A stretch of 64,000 bases of DNA. It comes from an uncultured Spirochaetota bacterium. GTDB lineage: Bacteria; Spirochaetota; Brevinematia; Brevinematales; JAOACQ01. The position numbers were made by a program, and so were the translations under genes. The notes under the pieces were generated by a model. That model did not search any database. It had not been told where the DNA came from and worked only from the letters and a program-made list of their open reading frames with translations. The stretch is taken from assembly GCA_963835575.1 (NCBI GenBank), contig CAWIGG010000002.1, forward strand, positions 192,001 to 256,000. Reading direction: 5' to 3'. Below are positions 57,432 to 64,000 of this stretch, piece by piece. Each line of letters begins with the position of its first letter. The stretch's first letter is position 1.

Positions 57432-60400
57432 ATGAGAAAACAAGAGGGGCTTTTAATAGTTGAAGAGAAAGTAGATGATTTCAACAGAAACGAAAGTACT
57501 TACCTTTCAAAAAACTTTCAGGAAACGGAAGCGAGGACCCGGTTCATTGACCCGCTTTTTACAGCTCTCGGCTGGGAACTGGAACAAACCGGCCTGAACC
57601 GTCAATGCTGGGATGTTTACCGTGAATTCTCGCAGAGGGACGATTCATCCACTAAAAAGCCCGATTATGCTTTCAGGATCAAAGAAAAAGGCGCGCCCCA
57701 TAATAAATATAAAGAAAAATTCTTTGTCGAGGCGAAAGCCCCATGGGTCCCTCTTACAGACGCAAAGCCCGTCTTTCAGGCCAAAAGATACGCCTTTTCA
57801 TCTCATGGCAAAGCCCCCATCGTCATTCTCACCGACTTTCAGGAATTCCGGGTTTTCAACGGCCTGGAAAGACCGCGTTTCGAAAATCCTCTGCAGGGAT
57901 TGATTAAAGAGCTGGATTTAAAATATACCGATTATTCAGTTAAATGGGATTTACTCTGGGCCAACTTTTCAAAAGAAGCCGTTTATGACGGAAGCATAGA
58001 TATCCTTGCGGGAAAAGTTTCCAGGAGTACAAAAACATTGGACGATGAATTTCTGAATGATATTATCGAATGGAGAGAAACGCTCGCACGGAATGTCGCC
58101 ATCCGGAATAATAACCTGTCCGTCGATGAAATCAATGAAGCCGTTCAAAGAATTCTTGACCGTTTTGTCTTTATCAGAAACCTTGAGGACAGAAACATTG
58201 AAGACGAGAACCTTCTTATAAATCTTGTGGACCGTCAGGACGGCGGGGACGCGCATTTTTATAAATGTATCGTCCCGGTATTCCGTAAATTCGATATTGA
58301 TTATAACGGCCTTCTTTTTAAAAAACATTTCAGCGAAGACCTGGAAATTGATAATAAGGTCATTAAAGATATCATTAAAAGCATGAGTTCGCAGGTCTCA
58401 CCTTTCCGGTTTGATATCATAGAGCCTGAAATATTGGGGCGGATTTATGAAAGATTTCTCGGCTCCAAAATCCGGCTGACGGAAGACCACCATGCGAAGG
58501 TCGAGGAAAAACCGGAAGTGCGCCATGCCGGGGGCGTTTATTACACGCCGGAATATATCGTCAAATACATCGTTGAAAACACCGTGGGAGCGTTATTAAA
58601 AGGTGAAACCGCCGCCACAGACAGGAATGTCTGTGGTACCACCGGCATTCCTGCCGGTGGAGGTATGCCCCCCGAAGAAATCGAGAAAATTAAAATACTC
58701 GACCTCGCCTGCGGTTCGGGAAGTTTCCTGCTTGGGGCTTTCGGCTACCTGATAAAATACCATCAGGATTATTACTCCGGTCTTTCCAAAACCGCCCGGA
58801 AGAAATACAAAGACGATTTTTTTGAAACCCCGGACGGAGAAATCCGCCTGACCCTGCGGAAGAAAGGCAAAATCCTGAAAAACAATATTTTCGGCGTGGA
58901 CATCGACAGGGAGGCCACGGAAGTGGCAATTATGAGCCTTTATTTAAAACTGCTGGACGAGGGTTTTGACAAAGGGCAGGCTTTACTATTTATGAAGGGC
59001 CATATTCTGCCGGATATGACGGCGAATGTGAAGTGCGGGAATAGTTTGATTGGCACGGATTACTTTGAAGGAATGCTAAAGATAAACGATGAGGAATTTA
59101 AGAAGATCAATCCTTTCGATTGGGAGAAAGAGTTTTCTGAAATACTAAAAAAAGGCGGCTTCGATTGTGTGATTGGGAACCCGCCGTATATTCGTATTCA
59201 AGAGCTTAAGGAATATCAACCTGAAACCATTCCCTACTTAAAATCAAAATACTATTCTGCTTTATCTGGAAATATTGACATTTATGTAATTTTCGTGGAA
59301 AAAGGGCTAAGTTTATTAGATAAAAATGGTAAACTTGGATTTATTCTTCCAAGTAAATTTTTTGCCACTGATTATGGAACAGCATTACGAAAAATTATTT
59401 CAGAAAAAAAGGCTTTGAATAAAATAATTGATTTTGGACATTCACAAGTATTTGAAAATGCAACTACTTATACCTGTTTATTATTCCTATCAAATGAACC
59501 GGTTAATAAAATGAATTATACCAAAGTTATTAATACATCTGAGATGCTCAAAGATGAAACAATGTCAATATTAATAGAGAATGATAAACTTACTGATTCT
59601 CCATGGATATTTGCTACAAATACAGAAAATCTAATAGCTGAGAAATTATTAAATAATTGTGTGCCGTTGAGTATGATATCAAGAATTGGGCGTGGCTCTA
59701 GTTCAGGAAATGATGATGTTTTTATGCTAAAAATTAAAAACGGTTCTTTCTTTACACGGCAAGACGAAAGTATTAATATTGAAAAAGAAATTCTACGCGT
59801 ACCTATTTATGCAACTGATTTCAATCGTTTTAGTTTTGCACCAGATTCTGGAGAACTAATTATTTTTCCTTATAAAGTCAATAATAATGATTATGAATTG
59901 ATTTCTGAAAATGAAATAAAAAACAATTTCCCTAAAGCATATAAATATCTTTATACACATAAAAAGGAATTGGAGGCACGCAAACAATTTAAAACATGGT
60001 ATAGTTTTAGTGCTCCAAGAAATTTAGAAGTTCATGAAAAAGCGCATATTCTTGTACCACTTTTAGCGGATCGTGGTTTGTTTTGTCGGCTTCCACTGGA
60101 ATCCAATAATTATTGTTTAATGGCTAGTGGAGGATTTAGTATAACAATAAATAGCGAGTGTGGATTATCTCCAAATTACATACTAGGTTTATTAAATTCA
60201 CGCGTATTATTTTGGCGTCTTCGTTCAATTAGCAATATATTTCGAGGTGGATGGATTACTTGTACAAAACAATATGTCGAAACATTACCAATATATAAAA
60301 TCAATTTTTCTGTTGAAAGAGATAAATTTCATTATGACAGTATGGTATCCTTTGTAGATCAAATGCTTTCCGTTCAAAAAGACCTGCAAAAATCTAATAC

Positions 60401-60524
60401 CGATCAGGGGAAAGCCCTTTTAAACCGGCAGATTGAAATGCTCAACAGCCAGATTGATAAACTGGTATATGAGCTGTATGGATTGACGGACGAGGAGATA
60501 AAAGTGGTGGAGGGGAAGGAATGA
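57432..60524 (+). CDS. Type IIG restriction-modification enzyme (fused endonuclease, N6-adenine MTase and TRD; Eco57I-like architecture)
   Basis: PD..EAK nuclease motif (KPDYAF..FVEAK), GVYYTP, motif I LDLACGSGSF, motif IV IGNPPY, and C-terminal IDKLVYELYGLTDEEI. Confidence 0.9.
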   Translation: MRKQEGLLIVEEKVDDFNRNESTYLSKNFQETEARTRFIDPLFTALGWELEQTGLNRQCWDVYREFSQRDDSSTKKPDYAFRIKEKGAPHNKYKEKFFVEAKAPWVPLTDAKPVFQAKRYAFSSHGKAPIVILTDFQEFRVFNGLERPRFENPLQGLIKELDLKYTDYSVKWDLLWANFSKEAVYDGSIDILAGKVSRSTKTLDDEFLNDIIEWRETLARNVAIRNNNLSVDEINEAVQRILDRFVFIRNLEDRNIEDENLLINLVDRQDGGDAHFYKCIVPVFRKFDIDYNGLLFKKHFSEDLEIDNKVIKDIIKSMSSQVSPFRFDIIEPEILGRIYERFLGSKIRLTEDHHAKVEEKPEVRHAGGVYYTPEYIVKYIVENTVGALLKGETAATDRNVCGTTGIPAGGGMPPEEIEKIKILDLACGSGSFLLGAFGYLIKYHQDYYSGLSKTARKKYKDDFFETPDGEIRLTLRKKGKILKNNIFGVDIDREATEVAIMSLYLKLLDEGFDKGQALLFMKGHILPDMTANVKCGNSLIGTDYFEGMLKINDEEFKKINPFDWEKEFSEILKKGGFDCVIGNPPYIRIQELKEYQPETIPYLKSKYYSALSGNIDIYVIFVEKGLSLLDKNGKLGFILPSKFFATDYGTALRKIISEKKALNKIIDFGHSQVFENATTYTCLLFLSNEPVNKMNYTKVINTSEMLKDETMSILIENDKLTDSPWIFATNTENLIAEKLLNNCVPLSMISRIGRGSSSGNDDVFMLKIKNGSFFTRQDESINIEKEILRVPIYATDFNRFSFAPDSGELIIFPYKVNNNDYELISENEIKNNFPKAYKYLYTHKKELEARKQFKTWYSFSAPRNLEVHEKAHILVPLLADRGLFCRLPLESNNYCLMASGGFSITINSECGLSPNYILGLLNSRVLFWRLRSISNIFRGGWITCTKQYVETLPIYKINFSVERDKFHYDSMVSFVDQMLSVQKDLQKSNTDQGKALLNRQIEMLNSQIDKLVYELYGLTDEEIKVVEGKE
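58615..58660. repeat. Paired REP-like hairpins inside the R-M coding sequence
   Basis: CCACAGAC-AGGAAT-GTCTGTGG and CCACCGGC-ATTCCT-GCCGGTGG; the two loops are reverse complements. Confidence 0.75.
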
Positions 60525-60621
60525 CTAACTACAGATAAATAGATGCACATGGATAGAAAACGGCCCGAATCTGTGTTTATCCGCGCTTAATTAACCCATA
60601 CGTGGGCAGGGAGGATGAATA

Positions 60622-63243
60622 ATGATGCTAAGAGAGTTTCATAATTTTATGATTGAACTTGCAGAAAAATCTGTTTCAGATGATGTTAAACGGATGGGAA
60701 ATATTATCTTGAAATATCTTAATGAAATTATTCCTCTTAGCACTGCATATGGTCAGCGATCAAAAAAGATTATCGAATTAGCACAAAACGAATTTGAAAA
60801 AATAGTTCCACAAATTACTGTTTCTACAGAGTCTAATCAGGAAGATGAATTTGCTATCAGTCGATTAAAAAGTATTGAAATTGAATCATTCAGGGGTTTT
60901 AATCAAAAAGAAATATTTGATATAGATGCGCCGATAGTTCTACTTTATGGTCCCAATGGTTCAGGAAAAACCAGCTTTTGTGAGGCGTTAGAATATTCCC
61001 TTTTAGGGTTTGTGGAAGAAGCAGAGGTAAAACGGTTTTCAAACACAGATTACCTCAAGAATGCAAGAACAGATAGGCTTGAATTTCCTATACTAAAAGC
61101 AATTAATGCCAAAGGAGAAATGATTCTGGTTTCTCAGAATGATGCAATTTACAGATTTTGTTTTGTTGAAAAAAATAGAATAGACGACTTTTCCCGCATG
61201 GCTGCAAAGTTACCTGCTCAACAAAATAAATTGATCGGCACTCTTTTTGGCTTGGATTCTTTTGATGAGTTTGTGAAGGGATTTTCCAATGAACTAGATT
61301 CGAGATATATCGATTTAATCGGTCAAAAAACTATTGAATTGCAAGAAAAGAGAAAAACTCTCAGTGCTGACGAACAAATAGCTGCATCAGCGGAAAAAGA
61401 TTTTGAAGAACTTACATCAACTGAAAACAAGACGGTATCAGAATTTAAATCTGATATGAATTATCCCGATTTTGTTGCTTATCTTGGTACTATAGAGAAA
61501 CCTGGCAGAATTCAAGAACTCGAACAATTAATAGAAAAACAAATACCGAAAAAAATTGGATTGACTCTTTCAATACTTAAAGAGATTGATAATTCACTGA
61601 CATATTCTCTAGAGAAAATTAATAGTTATGAAAAAACACTGGAGGCCAAAAGGAATCAGATTTCTTTTCGTAACTTGTATCGGGCAGTAAAAGAACTACA
61701 TACTGAAAATCCTGATATTTGTCCTGCTTGTTCCACCCCTTTGAAAAAAGTTGCTCAAGATCCCTATTTAAGAGCAGAAAATGGATTAAAAGAATTGGAA
61801 AATCTTTCAGAATTAGAACAAAATTTATCTGATTACAAAGCGGCACAGCAAAAATCTTTAAGTGATTTGTTTCAATTGGTGAAATCTGCGGTTGATTTTG
61901 AACAGACTTGCTTAAATCATGAATTAACCAATGTTCCGAATTCTGAAAAAGAAATGACATGTGATTTGTGGCTGAATTTTAAGCAAGACTCTGGTGATGA
62001 CGGTTTGAATTGGCAGAAATTGGAAAATATTATTAGTAAAATAGAAGAATATGATAATAAAATTGAAGAACTTGAAAATGAGCGCGATAGTTATATTGTT
62101 GAAATTAAACAGCTAAGAATATATAGGGAAGAGGTTGTTCGTCATGATGAAGCCCGCAAGAAGAAAAATGAAACTATTGAGAAGGCTAAAAAAAATATAA
62201 TTCAATTTGAAACAGATAATAAAAAGCTAATTGAAGAAGTAGAATCAGAAAAGCAAAATATAGAAACAAATAAAAGAATTGCGGGCGCTTATAAAATTTT
62301 CGTTGAAGAACTGAATATCTATCGAAAGGAATTGCCAGAAAAATTGATAGCAGATTTAGCAGATAAAGTTAAGGAACTCTACAATGGGTTTAATCGAGCG
62401 GACCAGGATGGTGACCTTTTAGCGGAGATTCGTTTGCCTCTTGTCTGTGGAAGTAAAATTGAAGTTGCTTTCAATAGCGAACCAACTCATTTTTTTGATG
62501 CGTTGCATGTATTAAGTGAAGGACATATCCGATGTTTAGGATTATCCATATTATTGGCAAAGAATTTAAAACAAAAGTGTCCTCTTTTGATTTTTGATGA
62601 TCCTGTTAATGCAATAGATGATGATCATCGAGAAGGAATTCGTAGAACAATATTCGAAGATAGTTTGTTTGCCGATTCACAAATAATTCTTACTTGTCAT
62701 GGAGAAGAGTTCTTTAAGGATGTTCAGAATTTATTAGGTGTGAAAAAAGTAAAAGAAACAAAAGCATTTACGTTTATTCCACATATTGGAGATAATCAGA
62801 TTATAGTTGATTCATCACCTACCCCAAGAAACTATGTGGTTGCTGCGAGAAATCACTTTTCTAAAGGTGAAATTCGTGAATCATTGGCAAAAAGTAGACG
62901 AGCATTGGAATTTCTCGCGAATGAAACATGGAAGTTTGTTGCCAAATATGGTGATGGTTCTCTTGCATTGACAATAAAAGGCCCAAAAGAAAGGTTAGAA
63001 TTAAGAAATCTAATAGAGAAATTGAGTTCTAAAGTTAAAAAAAGTAATTTTATACACAATGAAAAAGATAAATTATCTTCAGCTTTATCATCTTTATTAG
63101 GTATTGATGGACAATCACGAGAATGGAGATATTTAAATGGTGGTACACATGAAGAGGAAGACCGGGAAGAATTTGACCGACCAACAGTTCAAACAATTGT
63201 TGAATCTCTTGAAAAAACAGATGAGGTGATAAGGGCTGAATAA
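60622..63243 (+). CDS. RloC-like ABC/SMC ATPase with zinc hook and C-terminal HEPN-like nuclease
   Basis: Walker A GPNGSGKT; coiled coils around CPAC; signature LSEG; Walker B LIFDDP; C-terminal RRALE (Rx3E) and RYLNGGTH (Rx2Nx3H). Confidence 0.72.
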   Translation: MMLREFHNFMIELAEKSVSDDVKRMGNIILKYLNEIIPLSTAYGQRSKKIIELAQNEFEKIVPQITVSTESNQEDEFAISRLKSIEIESFRGFNQKEIFDIDAPIVLLYGPNGSGKTSFCEALEYSLLGFVEEAEVKRFSNTDYLKNARTDRLEFPILKAINAKGEMILVSQNDAIYRFCFVEKNRIDDFSRMAAKLPAQQNKLIGTLFGLDSFDEFVKGFSNELDSRYIDLIGQKTIELQEKRKTLSADEQIAASAEKDFEELTSTENKTVSEFKSDMNYPDFVAYLGTIEKPGRIQELEQLIEKQIPKKIGLTLSILKEIDNSLTYSLEKINSYEKTLEAKRNQISFRNLYRAVKELHTENPDICPACSTPLKKVAQDPYLRAENGLKELENLSELEQNLSDYKAAQQKSLSDLFQLVKSAVDFEQTCLNHELTNVPNSEKEMTCDLWLNFKQDSGDDGLNWQKLENIISKIEEYDNKIEELENERDSYIVEIKQLRIYREEVVRHDEARKKKNETIEKAKKNIIQFETDNKKLIEEVESEKQNIETNKRIAGAYKIFVEELNIYRKELPEKLIADLADKVKELYNGFNRADQDGDLLAEIRLPLVCGSKIEVAFNSEPTHFFDALHVLSEGHIRCLGLSILLAKNLKQKCPLLIFDDPVNAIDDDHREGIRRTIFEDSLFADSQIILTCHGEEFFKDVQNLLGVKKVKETKAFTFIPHIGDNQIIVDSSPTPRNYVVAARNHFSKGEIRESLAKSRRALEFLANETWKFVAKYGDGSLALTIKGPKERLELRNLIEKLSSKVKKSNFIHNEKDKLSSALSSLLGIDGQSREWRYLNGGTHEEEDREEFDRPTVQTIVESLEKTDEVIRAE

Positions 63244-63311
63244 AGCATTAAAAATAATGAATAACTCCAAAATTTAATAAAAAAGAATTATTAATAAGTG
63301 AGGATATAAAA

Positions 63312-63848
63312 ATGTTAAGATGGATATTCTTTTTGTTAAGTTTAATAGCATTCTGTATTCTAGCTTTTGTTCTATGTCCTGGAAAAGGATTTGCAATATC
63401 AGGTTTATTAATTGGAATTTACGGTTTTGGCGCAACAATTTATACTCTTCAAAAAGGAAACATTATTCGGGAAGCTGAATTTATTGAAAGACTATGTGGC
63501 GTTTTTGAAAGGCCAAATATCAGCAAACTTTATTATAAAATTGAATATAATCATTTGTCCTCTATTTTAGATGAATCAGAAGATGAGAAAGATTTAGATG
63601 AATTGATTAGTTTTTTTGATAGTATGGAGTATTATCATAAGAAAAAAATAATCTCCGATGATGAAGTGGAATTTGTTGCTGTTGAATTGTTGACAGTTTA
63701 TGAGAATGAAGTTGTCCGCCAATACATTAAGAAAGTTCAAAAATATTTCAATAAATATCAGCATGATATTATTCCATCAACTGGTTTTCAAGATTTAGCT
63801 GAGAAATTAATAAAAGAACCGAAATACAGTATTTATAAAAAGAAATGA
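63312..63848 (+). CDS. Hypothetical membrane protein (two N-terminal TM helices)
   Basis: 178-aa ORF with GAGG RBS; hydrophobic N-terminus and acidic helical C-terminus. Confidence 0.7.
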   Translation: MLRWIFFLLSLIAFCILAFVLCPGKGFAISGLLIGIYGFGATIYTLQKGNIIREAEFIERLCGVFERPNISKLYYKIEYNHLSSILDESEDEKDLDELISFFDSMEYYHKKKIISDDEVEFVAVELLTVYENEVVRQYIKKVQKYFNKYQHDIIPSTGFQDLAEKLIKEPKYSIYKKK

Positions 63849-63965
63849 TCAGCGAAACTATGTTCATCTGTGGTTAATTAACCCTTAAGGCAGTATTTAA
63901 TATGGAAAGAACAATTGGGGTTGAATAAAAAAGCAAAATGTTAACAAATATTTTAGGGGGTATAT

Positions 63966-64000
63966 ATGAAGAAAATTTTCCTTACTCTATTATTCTTGGT
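63966..64000 (+). CDS. Start of a probable exported protein (truncated by window edge)
   Basis: G-rich RBS followed by MKKIFLTLLFL. Confidence 0.45.
   Translation, partial: MKKIFLTLLFL

Noticed and set aside
1..64000. tRNA or rRNA genes
   Set aside because: No cloverleaf with T-loop consensus or rRNA-like sequence recognised by eye; not confirmed computationally.

Overview
Bacterial window, probably from a spirochaete; this is an inference from the CBM64-like modules and from repeats resembling those I recall from Treponema and Leptospira. About 50 kb (1020-51351) is a co-directional array of 19 plant-polysaccharide hydrolase genes: 6 GH9-CBM3c, 7 GH5, 2 GH10, GH8, GH12, GH116 and a GH51-like protein. 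All share one chassis: lipoprotein signal, a ~20-aa tether ending in K/R-A, the catalytic module, a Ser/Ala-rich linker and a highly homogenised C-terminal CBM2 ending in Tyr. No dockerins or cohesins are visible. A PAS-LuxR regulator precedes the array, and a 23-bp-period direct-repeat motif sits 35-36 nt upstream of a TATAAT box in at least 7 promoters. The array is interrupted by a frameshifted sugar-binding/7TM/HK/REC/GGDEF sensor and by an internally deleted group IIC intron, and it is followed by two GT-C glycosyltransferases, one of them a protein O-mannosyltransferase. Two adjacent GH5 genes each carry Lys in place of the catalytic acid/base Glu. The last ~8 kb is an accessory/defence region: an HXXEE gene with an attC-like site, a type IIG R-M enzyme with an in-frame REP-like insertion, and an RloC-like ATPase-HEPN nuclease. 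Several MITE/REP-like palindromes are scattered through the window. Family calls come from motif recognition only; no database searches were run.
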